From assembly GCA_951406725.2 (NCBI GenBank), contig OX597815.1, positions 29,884,001-29,948,000 of the forward strand: a stretch of 64,000 bases of DNA, read 5' to 3'. The translations under genes were made by a program, and so were the position numbers. The stretch is from Octopus vulgaris. Lineage: Eukaryota. Under the pieces are notes generated by a model, which was not told the DNA's origin, searched no databases, and saw nothing but the letters and a program-made list of their open reading frames with translations. Shown here piece by piece: positions 28,126 to 40,952 of this stretch (position 1 is its first letter; the number at the start of each line of letters is the position of its first letter).

Positions 28126-28540
28126 AAGTTAAGTTAAGTTAATTTTTTGGCTCAAAAAGCAAAAAGCAAGGCCATGTAGGAGGACATGGAGTTATGTACA
28201 GGGTGGTGTTCATGCAAAGAGTTCAGGTCATTTGTGGTCAAGGGAGACTTTGAACCTAGCGGTCGTCAGCATCTTCACTATCTCGTCCAACAGCTTATTC
28301 CACTGATCCGCAACCCGGACGGAGAAAGCCCCCTCTCCTTCGATTGAGATGAAATCGTCGCAGATAGCGCTTTTCGGAGTGACCTCGCAGCCGACGCTCT
28401 GTAGCAGGAGTGAAGAACAGCTCTTTCGAGAGGTTACACTTTCCGCTTATGATGTTGTGAGCAGGAATGAGATCACCAAGGCGTCGTCGTTTTGTAGAGA
28501 ATAAAGGTCGAGCGTCTTCAGGCTTTCTTCATAAGACAGT
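28126..28540 (-). mobile_element. CR1-type LINE 3' fragment with (TTAAC)n tail
   Basis: RRRLGDLIPAHNIISGK...RLRGHSEKRYLRRFHLNRRR/AFSVRVADQWNKL; tail seen as aagttaagttaagtt. Confidence 0.85.
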
Positions 28541-29220
28541 ATTGAGATGTTACGGTTTGCAAGGTTATTTTTCGATTATGTGTTTTTTTAATGTTCTATA
28601 GCTAGGTGCAAGAGCGAATTTTTTTAATATGGAGGGGAGGAGATATGGAGCCCTTATTCCAATGGTTATCACTGGGGTTGGATGTATTTAGTTTAACTTT
28701 TAATTTGTGGTTGTATTCTCTTTCTAAATCATTATAAATTTGTTTTTGTCATTTCATGATTTGTTGAATTTTGTAATGTTTGTCTTTAAATGTAATTATA
28801 AATATATTACATATATCGCTCTTACATATTTTCATGTCATTACTTCTGAAATCATGCAGAGCTTGTTTAAGTTTCACGTTGAGTATTTGTTTATTGCTGT
28901 GCGACTAACTATTTTTGTTACATTCACTTTGGAGAAATCATGAGGTTTCTCGTCTATGCGTATAATGTTATTTCTTGTATCTCTGAGAATTTCTAGGGCT
29001 TGGTGGAATTGGTTCATTACAACATTTTGTGTCTGTTATTTTTATCATATTTCGATTGTCAGTAGGTACCGTTGTACAAGAATGTAATGTAGTGTGGGTT
29101 GAACGTATGATGTGAGGAGCGGAGGAATTTAACTTCCTGTGAGGGTAGAGCGATTTTGCTCTTGAAGAAATTGTTAGTTTGATATATTTATACATACGTA
29201 CACACACATACACACATATA

Positions 29221-29394
29221 GGCGCATGTGTAGCTGTATGGTAAGAAGTTTGCTTCTCAACCGCAAGGGTCCGGGTAAGTGTGTTTTACTATAGCCTCGG
29301 GTCGACCAAAGCTTTGTGAGTGGATTTGGCAGACGGAAACTGAAAGAATCCCGTCGAATAAGTGTATATTTGCATATGTGTATAAGTGTATATG

Positions 29395-29484
<90 letters not shown>

Positions 29485-29550
29485 GGTACTATTATTTATA
29501 GGTCCCGCACGCTAGGAGGGACTCTTATAAAGATTTTATCCTTAATTTTT

Positions 29551-29590
<40 letters not shown>

Positions 29591-29822
29591 AGTGTAATAT
29601 GTCTGGTGTCTTTGTGTCTGTCTTTGTCACCTCACCACCGTTTGACAACCGGTGTTAGTGTGTTTACGTCTCCGTAACTTAGCGGTACGGCATAAGGAAT
29701 CGATAGAATAAGTGCCAGCTTACTAAATAAGTTCTGGGGTCGATTTGTTTGACTAAAACTCAAGGCGGTGCTTTAGTGTGGCCGCAGTCATATGACTGAA
29801 GCATAAAGGAATTAAAGAATAA
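29221..29822 (+). mobile_element. SINE family A with expanded internal (TA)n and a ~70-bp insert
   Basis: Head at 29221, tail near 29820; homologous to 22868-23278. Confidence 0.85.
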
Positions 29823-29831
29823 TATATATAA

Positions 29832-29884
<53 letters not shown>

Positions 29885-29890
<6 letters not shown>

Positions 29891-30032
29891 CTTTTATTCC
29901 TTTGTGCTTCAGTCATATGACTGCGGCCACACTAAAGCACCGCCTTGAGTTTTAGTCAAGCAAATCGACTCCATAACTTATTTAGTAAGTTGGTACTTAT
30001 TCTATCGATCTTCAGCCGTACCGCTAAGTTAC
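29885..30032 (-). mobile_element. Inverted copy of the 3' end of the adjacent SINE
   Basis: Reverse complement of 29674-29822. Confidence 0.9.
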
Positions 30033-30105
30033 AGAAAGTTCTTGGTACAGTATTATATACATACATACATATATAGATATGTGTGCGTGTATGTGTGTGT
30101 ATGTG

Positions 30106-30170
<65 letters not shown>

Positions 30171-30472
30171 GTGTTAGTGTGTGTGTGTGAAATTGTATGT
30201 GATACTTACTTATATTCTTATCGTTTACTGTTCCGAGAATCATATTCTTTTGCAAATTAGCAGAAATTTTCAGGTTCTACGCGTGAAAATACGTTAAATT
30301 ATGTAAAAGTATATGTTTAGAAAATTCTGTTTACTCAGACCTTAAATTTTGCAAGATGTTTTCAGGTGTATTCGCGCCATTTCATCAGTATTGAATAAAC
30401 ATTATCGCCACTTCGCTTAATATACAGTATTGAACCGTTTATTTCAAAGCAAGGGTGATATTACTAGCTATG

Positions 30473-30529
<57 letters not shown>

Positions 30530-30537
30530 TATACATA

Positions 30538-30577
<40 letters not shown>

Positions 30578-32334
30578 TGCGTGTATTTATGTATGCCTAT
30601 GTGTCTGTATGTATGAATATATATATTTATATACGTGTGGTAGTGTGTGTGAATATATGTGTGTTTGAGTGTTTGTGTGTGTGCTTGAAGAGTCTGATAT
30701 AATACACTTATAGTGTATTTAAATTATTTATATTGTAAAATCATCACATAACTACCAAAGACGCAATTTGAATATGTTATTAGTCACATTCGTACCTTCA
30801 GCTTTTATTAAGAACTCGGTATATCAAAGCAAATAAAGAAATAGTCGAAAAAAGAAGTTGTCTGCTATAAAATTATTACAGTCATCGAAGATTTATATTT
30901 TTCATTTCAAATAATACCACTGAAGCGACAGGATGACACATTTCTACTTCAAGTTATTGTCCTAAATGTCTGGTGCACGTTTGGTTATGTCAAAAAAATT
31001 GCAGAAACTATTCATTTGGATATCGAGAAGAATTACGCGTTCAGATGTAAAGGTGTTGATAACGTTGGTACTGACGAAATGTGGTGGTGTACCGTCTAGC
31101 ATTAAAATTCGTTGAGACGGTACATACTGATACAACGCAGTAATGTAATTGTTAGTATTGATGTTTCCATTTTCATAAAAGATAAAAAAAACGTAAATGG
31201 TTATGGAAGAAATTCATTTGTGTATCACATCTACAAACGTTACTTGTAACTGTTGAGTGATAATTCTAATTTCTTTTTTGTTTGTGCCGACTGCAGATTA
31301 TACGTTTGGGGAGACTAATTCTACTGAAATTTTGACTGAAAGCAGATAGATATACATGAAATCAAACGTATTGCAGTAAACGAAGCCAATTTGGAAGTAC
31401 TAAAGATTTTGTTCGATCCGATTTATCAAGTTTCTATTTCAAATTTCTTACAAGGATACTGTCTCGTATAATCTTTCTGTATGTACTGAACTGATGATGT
31501 CCGAATTCCACCAGATGAAGGATTAAAAGGTTTTCTGTTGCCGATTTTAGTCATTGATCTGCAACCATGCAGGAACGCGACTTCGAGGGTGTTCCAATCG
31601 TTAACATTGACATTCAGTACTTATTTATGTGTAGCATTCATATAGTTGATCTATCTAATAGGTTATCATTTTGACTCATCAGTTTTTTAAATGAACTTGT
31701 GTGTGAAATGCATTGACACATGCACACAGACACCCATAATGATTAATTATTGCATTAAACAGCACATTTACTAACTTTTGGCTGACGTTGTGAAACCTCG
31801 ACAAATGTAAACAAATGATTCATGTCTTTTTATCTTAAACACTGCAATTTTTACTGCTTCCAATGCCACTTGACGTGAAGAACCTCAATGTATTCTCGTC
31901 AACTTTGTGTAGTTTTTGCTTCTGTTTCAAACTTTCCTTAGTCGTAATCTTTGTGTATTGTTCTCAGCCAATGAAGGCTGGGTCTTCCTGTTCGGGTAAC
32001 TTGAACTGTCTCCTAAACTCGAACCAAACTAATGAGGAAATCTCCATATAAGTTCCCTCAAAAAAGAAAGATTCACTATATATAAAAAAATGGAATGGTA
32101 ACTGCTGGAATTTGCATTTTATCATAGTGTGCACCGGTCATAAGATAAAGGCAATGATAATGGCAACCAAATTCTGCTCAACAGCTATTGGTAAGACTGA
32201 GGATTTAGTTGCGGATAGGTCCTCAAAGTACTGTGCAGTTGAATTGAAATCGGAGCAATGTAGTAGCAGGGCGAAATTCTTTGCAAAACAACTATACCTG
32301 GTTGCACACGTTTTATTTTTAATATTTAAAGTTC

Positions 32335-32530
32335 GAATTGGCAACTGCGTAAGAGTGTCGGAAAATGTCTTGCGTCGATTGTTCCGAGCCTTTACATTCT
32401 GAGTTAAAATCCTGCAGGCAGTGGACTTTGCCCTTCGACTTTTCGAGGGCAAGCACATTTTAAATACTAGGGTTGATATATTGATTAACTATCTTGCTCT
32501 AATAATGGGTGGCCTTTTGCCTAAATTAGA
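32335..32530 (+). mobile_element. Degenerate Meta-domain-like SINE
   Basis: ttacattctgagttaaaatcc...gactttgcccttc. Confidence 0.55.
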
Positions 32531-33681
32531 AATAGCATTTCAACTTTGTTTTAAAGCAAGCAATTCCGTTTAACAAGCAATCAATTTTGATGAGAATTTG
32601 CATTAACCATACAGGGAATGTTTCTTTCAACAACAAGGGTCACGTCTGGAGCAGTTTGCATTCTTGCACTGCAGTAGAGTAATCATAGGAAGATTCTTAG
32701 TTGCATGAGTAAATATGCGTCATAAAATTCCGTCTTATTCAAAGAACTATTTTAAGTGATTTATTTACTTATTAAGAAAGCAAATAATTTCCAAGTTTTA
32801 ATGAGTAAGCGATTAAACACCATGAATTTAAATAAAGAACATTCTTAAATTTAAATAAAGAACATTCTCCTCTCTATTCACAAGCTCTACCGACTGTTTA
32901 ACTCTTTCAAGATAAATTACTGCTATGTGTGTAAGTTGCATCTAAACTCAATGGGCAGAAGTTCAAAATATTGGATGCGGACGATTTCGCTTCCGTATAT
33001 GTATCGCTCAACTAGTAGAGAAGAGAAAAAAATTAACAAACATATAACAAATTGTCGTCGTAGCAGCTCTCGTTATGAATTAAGTCTAAAATAGGACCAT
33101 TTATTAAACCAAAGTTCGCCTGTCTTAAGTAACAAAATACGCAGCAAATTATGTTGGTATGAAGATGCCTATTAGAATACTCGCTCATAAAATCTAATAA
33201 ATATGCTGAGTCACCACCTAAGATCTGAATTCCACTGATGTCGTTTCGTAACTTAATCTTAGCTAGCATTACGTTCGCTTAACATTTCTATCTCTACATT
33301 CTGCCTCCTTTGGAATGCAGATAGCCACACAAAACTGCAATAAACAGTGATAATTTTCAAATGATTTAATTATATATGATAAAATATATGTTAAATATAT
33401 TATACTAATCGTGTTTATAACTTTTGTAAGCAACATACTGAACATAGATAATGTAGATATATGTGTGTAGATATAAATATAAACTTTGAAATGTATGATA
33501 TACATATTTGTAATAAACAGTTTCTGACTTGCTTCAAAAAATAAAGTAGATACACGGCAATTTTTTCTGCCTCTGTACAGAAATAAATTAAGATCTGTCT
33601 GAGGAGATTTTAGTCTCACTAAACTTATATCAGAGAAAGAATGCACATCTTCTGTTCAGTAGATTAGGAATCAACAAGAAT

Positions 33682-33912
33682 AAGGCGGCGAGCTGGCAGA
33701 AACGTTAGCACACCGGGCGAAATGCGTAGCCGTATTTCGTCTGCCGTTACGTTCTGAGTTCAAATTCCGCCGAGGTCGACTTTGCCTTTCATCCTTTCGG
33801 GGTCGATAAATTAAGTACCAGTTACGCACTGGGGTCGATGTAATCGACCTAATCCCTTTGTCTGTCCTTGTTTGTCCCCTCTGTGTTTAGCCCCTTGTGG
33901 GTAGTAAAGAAA
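33682..33912 (+). mobile_element. Young Meta-domain-like tRNA SINE with 15-bp TSD
   Basis: TSD taggaatcaacaaga at 33665-33679 and 33913-33927; B box gagttcaaattc; central gcctttcatcctttcggggtcgataaa. Confidence 0.92.
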
Positions 33913-34379
33913 TAGGAATCAACAAGATTGAGTGAGTATAATTTGCATAACAGGGCATGCCCCGACAAACTGGCTTAATTCAGAGAGCTTGCGTAGCGTT
34001 ATTTTGATAATTTGAACTGAAAAGTGTAACATTTTATACATTAAAAAAGGCACTGATTATTAATCTCTTCTGAAGGTAATCGTTACGCTGCAAGTTTTAT
34101 CTCTCCATGGGCAGAAAAACTAAAGTAGATCTGACCAGTTTCTGTTGATATTTGAACATTATCAGAGGAAGAATAGCCATCTTTCTAAACGGGGGTTAAA
34201 CACTGTGTTTATGAAAATATAAGTATTAATTACCTTTCAAATTACCCCACTTTCTTCCAAAAGTAGTGCATTATGATTAGTAAGTATATACTTAGAGCAT
34301 GTGTCTATGTGTACTGGTGCACAAGATAGCACTAGATTTATAAATCTATAATATATATAAATATACATACTTGTTTGCA

Positions 34380-34480
34380 TACACACGCACGAATATGCAT
34401 ACACACACGAATATGCATACACACACACGAATATGCATACACACACACATGAATAAACACACACACGAATATGTACACGC
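34380..34480. repeat. Short minisatellite (gaatatgcat + acac.., ~18-22-bp unit)
   Basis: About 5 imperfect units. Confidence 0.8.
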
Positions 34481-34749
34481 ATACATCGATATAAATACGA
34501 ACTTATTGGAGCATACATACGCATGCAATGTCTGGGATTGATTACTACTGAGAATAACAGTAAAACACGACATTTTGTTTTACACAAACTCCTTTCACGC
34601 GAATATATACATAAATACTACATACATACACATCTCTCTCTCTCTCCCCCCCTTTCTTTCTCTGGCTGTATGGACCTTATGACGGCTCAGTATTTGTATT
34701 TTTATTCAGTAAATTCTTCATAAATAGCACAAGTCCCTCAAAATACAGT

Positions 34750-35310
34750 GGAGATGCATGGTTTAATGGTGAGGGTGCTGGACTTAAGATCGCAAGATTG
34801 CGGTTTCGATTCCTGGACCGGGCACACATTGTGTTCTTGAGCAGAAACAATCTATTTCATGTTGCTCCAGTCCATTCAGCTGGCAAAAAAAGTAACCCTG
34901 CAACAGGTTACGTCCAGGTGGGTAATATATACACCATCGCGGTTTCGATTCCCAGACCGGGCGTTGTGAGTGTTTATTGAGCGAAAACACCTAATTTCTC
35001 CACGAGGCTCCGGCAGGGGATGGTGGTGATCCCTGCTGTACTCTTTCACCACAACTTTCTCTCACTCTTACTTTCTGTTGTACCTGTATTTCAAGGGGCC
35101 GGCCTTGTCACTCTCTGTGTCACGCTGAATATCCCCGAGAACTACGTTAAGGGTGCACGTGTCTGTGGAGTGCTCAGCCACTTACACGTTAATTTCACGA
35201 GCAGGCTGTTCCGTTGATTCGGATCAACCGGAACCCTCATCGTCGTAACCGACGGAGTGCTTCCAATATACACCATGCAAACCGGTAAACCAGCTCTATG
35301 AGTTTATATG
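34750..35310 (+). mobile_element. tRNA-derived SINE interrupted by a second SINE (34938-35265)
   Basis: Head ggagatgcatggtttaatgg..ggtttcgattcc; inner element bounded by TSD atatacaccat (34927-34937, 35266-35276). Confidence 0.8.
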
Positions 35311-35769
35311 TCTCGGGACTTTGTATGACTACCTCAAAATACTTTAGGCATAACACAAAATACTTCATACTAGATTTTTCCCCACTGAAGGCAGATGAAA
35401 ACCATATTTAGCAGTAGTAAAATAGTATATACATTAAATAATCATTGATAAAGTAACTGAAGCAATAAATTTCGAACTCTGTATATAAATATAATTATTA
35501 TATAAAAACCCAGCGATCCCTGCCTTACATAGCTTTTATTATTTATGTGTTTCAGTCATTGGACTGCAGCTTCGCTCGGGCAACGTCTCGACGAGTTTTA
35601 TTCGAACAAATTGACTTCAGTACTTATTCTATGGTTCTCTTTTGCCGAAGTGCTAATTTACTAGAAATTAAACAAACCAACATCGGTTGTCAAGCATTAT
35701 TGGGGAGCACAAAAACAATAACACGCATACACACTCACACACACTCACATTCACACATGTATAAATATA

Positions 35770-37023
35770 TTGGGTTGGCAACTAAGTTCCCACCGTTTTT
35801 TTAAATTTTGGAATTTATTGCGTTCTTAAATTTTGGAATCTTCTTTTTTCGAGAATTCTATTTTTGAATCATTTTGGAATCTATTTTGTTTTTTTCTTCT
35901 AGTTAATTTTAGTTAATTTTCATTTATTTTCAGATCATTAAAATGGAATGTCAAGTTAAGAAAAACGAGCATTTTCGACACCTCCTTTTTGCTTTTAATC
36001 AAGGTTCTAAGGCTGCAAAAGCTTCTCACGACATTTATACTGTGTATGGAGAGGGTGCTATAGCTGAGATTATCGCTCGTGAATTGTATGCCAAGTTCAA
36101 AAATGGAAATTTTGACCTCAAAGACGCACCTCGTTCTGGCCGTCTAGTTAAGTTCGATGAAGAGCAATTAAACCAACCTTTGCACGAAAATTCTCGTCAA
36201 ACGACAAGGGAACTGGCAGAGAAAATGGAATGCTCTCACTCTGCTATAGAGAAGCATCTTCACTCGATGGGAAATGTTCAGAAGTATAGAGCATGGGTTC
36301 CGCATGCTTTAAGTGACAACAACAAAACTCAACGAGCCACAATCTCCGCTGGTTTGCTTGCTCGTCACCGCTCAACTCATGGACACAAGCAACGATTTCT
36401 TTACCGAATCGTTACTGGCGACGAAAAATGGTGCCTGTACATCAATATGAAGCAGCGTAAGGAATGGCTTAGCCCCGGTAAACAAGCGACACTGCACGTG
36501 AAACAAGATCTTCATCCGCGTAAAACGATGTGCGTATGGTGCTAAACGGTCAATGTGGAACTCTATGTTCAACAGATGGAATGACACAACACGACTATTC
36601 AAAAGAAAAGACCTAATCGGCAGCACGGAGTTCTTCTGCTGTACGACAATGCTCGCCCTCATATCGCCAATATGACTAAGGAAGCCATTCAAACGCATGG
36701 CTGGGAAGTGCTGCCACACCCACCATACTCTCCTGGTTTGGCACTAAAGTATTTCCACATCTTTCGATCTCTTTCAAATGCTATGCGTGGAGTTTCATTC
36801 AATGCTGATGCAGAATTGAGAGCTTGGTTGGATCAATTTTTCGAGTCGAAATCGGGTGATTTCTACCAACGTGGTATTGAAAATCTTGTTGAACATTGGG
36901 AAGAAGTTGTAAACAACAAGGGTGAATACATTATTGATTAATTAGGTGTTATTTTTTTTTTTTATTAAACACTAAAACAAATTTAAATAAAAAAAAACGG
37001 CGGGAACTTAGTTGCCAACCCAA
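35770..37023 (+). mobile_element. Full-length mariner transposon (mellifera-subfamily-like), inactive
   Basis: TIRs ttgggttggcaactaagttcccaccgtttt and aaaacggcgggaacttagttgccaacccaa; TA on both sides; 1254 bp. Confidence 0.95.
35943..36941 (+). pseudogene. Mariner transposase pseudogene
   Basis: EHFRHLL, PRSGR, WVPHAL, VTGDEKW, YDNARPH, HPPYSPGLA; internal deletion after MCVW and frameshifts. Confidence 0.95.
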
Positions 37024-37949
37024 TAGATATCCAAATTCACTCACAAGGCATTGATCGGCTTGAGGCTATAGTAGAAGACACTTGTCCAAGGTGACCCGCA
37101 GTGGGACTGAACTCGGAATCATGTGGATGCAAATCAATCTTCTTAACCACACAGCCATGCCAGTGATACCACCTTAACTCGATAACTAATTGTTGTTATT
37201 TGACTGTCATGGTAGATCTATGACCATAGACATCCTAACCATGGCCATTCCATTTATTTATAAAATTATCCTAAGACAACGTTATTTAATGAAACCTTCC
37301 TTGTCACTGCTGTTAGTGCTTTTGATGATTCTCACATCAGTCTTGAATGAACAAATATATAATAAAAAAATAAAGAAATTGAACAGATATATAATCAAAA
37401 ACGTTAGTGTATCAGTAATAGCATTGTTTAATGTATCCTTTATTTAAAATGGTATGATGTGTTTAGAACAAAAATTAGCTGCAATTTCAATCAAATCGTT
37501 CAACCACTTTGAGACTCCCTCGTTTACTCATAAAGCTGATTTAAGATGAAGAAAGTTAATAGTTTCACTACATTAATTAAGCATAAACAATTAAAGTAAT
37601 TTATAGCAACGTAAAATTAAAATTTAAATAAATAATAAAAAAAATAAGTAAGACGATAATAAACATTATAAATAACGTATCCATAGGTATTATTACATTA
37701 CTCTGTTATTAAGTAAACGCTAAGAATTTATTCGTGATAATAATCTCTGAGATTACTTCCAGCGTCTCAAGTTCTCGAGAACGAATATTATTTACTGCTG
37801 GAGGTATTTGATATCAAAGGAAATCTGCCGATTGTATTATAAACAAAAGAATGGTATTGCGGTAGGTTTCGAGTAAAAGTAGCCTAGCCAAAATAAAGAG
37901 GGGAAACCGGCAACGTAAACAGCACGCGCGTACACAACCGTATGTATAA

Positions 37950-38059
37950 GTGTGTGCGTATGTATTAGTTTATATGTAATACATATATCTTATATATTGT
38001 ATACTATAGGTATGGATATATTATATACACTATATACATATATATATTTATGTATATAT

Positions 38060-38104
<45 letters not shown>

Positions 38105-38115
38105 ATATATATATA

Positions 38116-38158
<43 letters not shown>

Positions 38159-38277
38159 CATGTGATTATACATATACATACACATACATATATATTCATT
38201 CGAATACTTACACATCGTGCACATAATTACATATGGGTATGTGTGTTTATATGGGTAAATACATTCATACGTTTATT

Positions 38278-38369
<92 letters not shown>

Positions 38370-38450
38370 AACATAGAAACACACTCATATATATGCTATA
38401 TACACACGTACATATACATGTATGTAAGTTTATATATATAGACATGTATA
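37950..38450. repeat. Degenerate (TA)n/(TG)n microsatellite
   Basis: Direct reading. Confidence 0.93.
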
Positions 38451-39075
38451 TCTTGTCTGCTGGGCTATTGAGATAAAAGAATTTCTCCTGAAACCTTCCT
38501 CAATAAACAAAGAAGCACACAGAGACAAAAATCAAAACCAGAAGTTACGGAAATCGGATGTTTAGGCGCCGTTCACTTGGTTGATTATCTGAGAGTTACG
38601 TTACTAAAACTTCGGATACAGACAATGCGCAAGGAAATTATGGCTGCATTGTTAAGATGCAACGGTGTTCTTAATTTGGACTTTGATTATAGATTGTTTC
38701 TATTTACATATTGTTTTAGTTGGTGTTTAATGTTTTTTTGTTTAGTTTCCAACGAGGAGGAAGGAAGTAAAAAAGTCCAGAGGTAAAACGGAGAGAGAAT
38801 ATAGAAAATAACAGATGAATTCGTTTTACAGTTGTAAGCAGACTGTAGATAAAAGCGAATTAATGTAGGAGATCTTTAATAAATAAATAACTATGACAAC
38901 AAGAACGCAGTGAGAGAGGAATGAGATAGAATACTGATGATATCAGTGAAGAAATGTAGTATTCACAGTTATGGCAGAGATGATTATAATTATGATGATA
39001 ATTATAATAACTATGATTAGGATCATATATATGCGTTAGTGATTTATAATAATCGCAACAAAATTAATGTAATAT

Positions 39076-39478
39076 ACTCTTTACTCTTTTACTTGTTTCA
39101 GTCATTTGACTGCGGCCATGCTGGAGCACCGCCTTAAATCGAGCAACTCGACCCCGAGACTTATTCTTTGTAAGCCCAGTACTTATTTTATCAGTCTCTT
39201 TTGCCGAACCGCTAAGTGACGGGGACATAAACACACCAGCATCGGTTGTCAAGCAATGCTAGGGGAACAAACACAGACACACAAACGCATATATATATAT
39301 ATATATACATATATACGACGGGCTTCTTTCAGTTTCCGTCTACCAAATCCACTCACAAAGCTTTGGTCGGCCCGAGGCTATAGTAGAAGACACTTGCCCA
39401 AGGTGCCACGCAGTGGGACTGAACCCGGAACCATGTGGTTCGTAAGCAAGCTACTTACCACACAGCCACTCCTGCGCC
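39076..39478 (-). mobile_element. SINE family A, full length
   Basis: Reverse complement of 22868-23278. Confidence 0.92.
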
Positions 39479-40094
39479 TATACATACATACATACATACG
39501 TCCAGGTGTGTGCATGTTTATGTATATATTCTGCCTAAAATATATCTGAAAAGGCTACGAGAGAAAGCAGATGTGGTTAATCGCGCGTGCTGCACAGCTT
39601 TACAGCTCAGAAACCACCGGAGTAACCACGTACTTCGGTTTAAATACATGCAAAAGCCCATGCCTTAGAATTAATTACTTAGAAGTATTTGAATCCGATC
39701 TTTCAGCTATGGTACATAATATACATCGTCCTAAATGTACTAACTACTTCCGAAATAAATTTTATATATTCATTAATACACGAGTAAATAGCAATATTGT
39801 AAATTGTCTAACTACATGATTAGAGACTTTTACCACATGTCCTCACTTTGATAAATATCTTTTAAAATATTGGCTGTTTTACACTACTCTCGGATTAAAT
39901 GGATAAGCAATGAACTGTCCCAAACTCGATCTTTTTCAACTATCAGACCTTCCTGTAAATGTCTTCTAAGTTTATTCATCGAGTGAGCTTTCCGCAACCG
40001 ATATATCTACAACACTTTCCATTTTATTTTCTATATATTTTTCATTTCTGTCGTAATATTCATTAGGTATTATTCACTTTGTCCACACAAAATC

Positions 40095-40587
40095 AAAAAT
40101 TTCGGGTGTCACCATCTTCAACAGTTTCGAAAGGTGCCCAAACTCTAAAAATGGGTTCCCCTTGATTTAATAGAAGCCAACCGAAAATCACGAGTGGACA
40201 TCTGCTCATCTTTTCACTAACGCAGACGTATTTCATCATTTTTGAACACATTAGTGACTGGTGATGAAAAATTAATTTTTTAATGAAAATATTAAGCGAT
40301 GCAGGCAATGGCTTAATTCTGGAGAACAGACTAAACCACAGCCCCTAAAAGGATCTCTAATTTGATAGAAATTACGTATATTTCGGACATTCTTTTTGGT
40401 TGGATTGCATTGGAATTATCCACTTACAGTTGCTACTAACTAATGCAACAATTCATGCTCACACTTATTGCCAACAATTAGAGCGTATGGATGCTGCTTT
40501 GAAGAAAATGAGCCTGCTTTGGCGAATGGTAAGAGAGTGTTGTTTAAGGCCCCACACTGCAAAAATTACATTAGAAAAGATCGACCA
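40095..40587 (+). mobile_element. Decayed mariner transposase fragment
   Basis: KWVP, LVTGDEK, WLDCIGIIHLQLL...YCQQLERM, RPHTAKITLEKI. Confidence 0.8.
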
Positions 40588-40588
40588 T

Positions 40589-40640
<52 letters not shown>

Positions 40641-40744
40641 GTATATATATATATATACATACTGAGCGTTATACTAATACATCTGTTTGTTTTGTACACC
40701 ACCTGTCTTCGTCTTTTGTTTTTTCGTAAACTCTCCCTATATAT

Positions 40745-40952
40745 ATATATGTGTGTGTGTATGTGTCTTTCTGCCTATGTTTGTTCCCCACCCACCGCTT
40801 GACAACCGGTGTTGGTATGTTTGCATCCCCGTAACATCAGAACAAATACTAGGCTTAAAAAGTAAGTACTGGGTCGATTCATTCGACTAAAAATTCAAGG
40901 CGGTGCTCCATCATGGTCGCAGTCTAATGACTGAAACAAGTAAAATATAAAA
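40745..40952 (+). mobile_element. SINE family A, 3' half
   Basis: ccgcttgacaaccgg...ggcggtgctcca..tgactgaaacaagtaaa. Confidence 0.85.

Larger units (their letters stand above)
35533..37161 (-). mobile_element. SINE family A split by a mariner (35533-35767 and 37026-37161)
   Basis: Tail half lies left of the mariner; head half (ccaaattcactcacaaggc...accacacagccatgcc) lies right of it. Confidence 0.8.

Noticed and set aside
31850-32060. Coding-looking minus-strand frame (MEISSLVWFEFRRQFKLPEQ...)
   Set aside because: In-frame stop, no recognisable motif or splice support.
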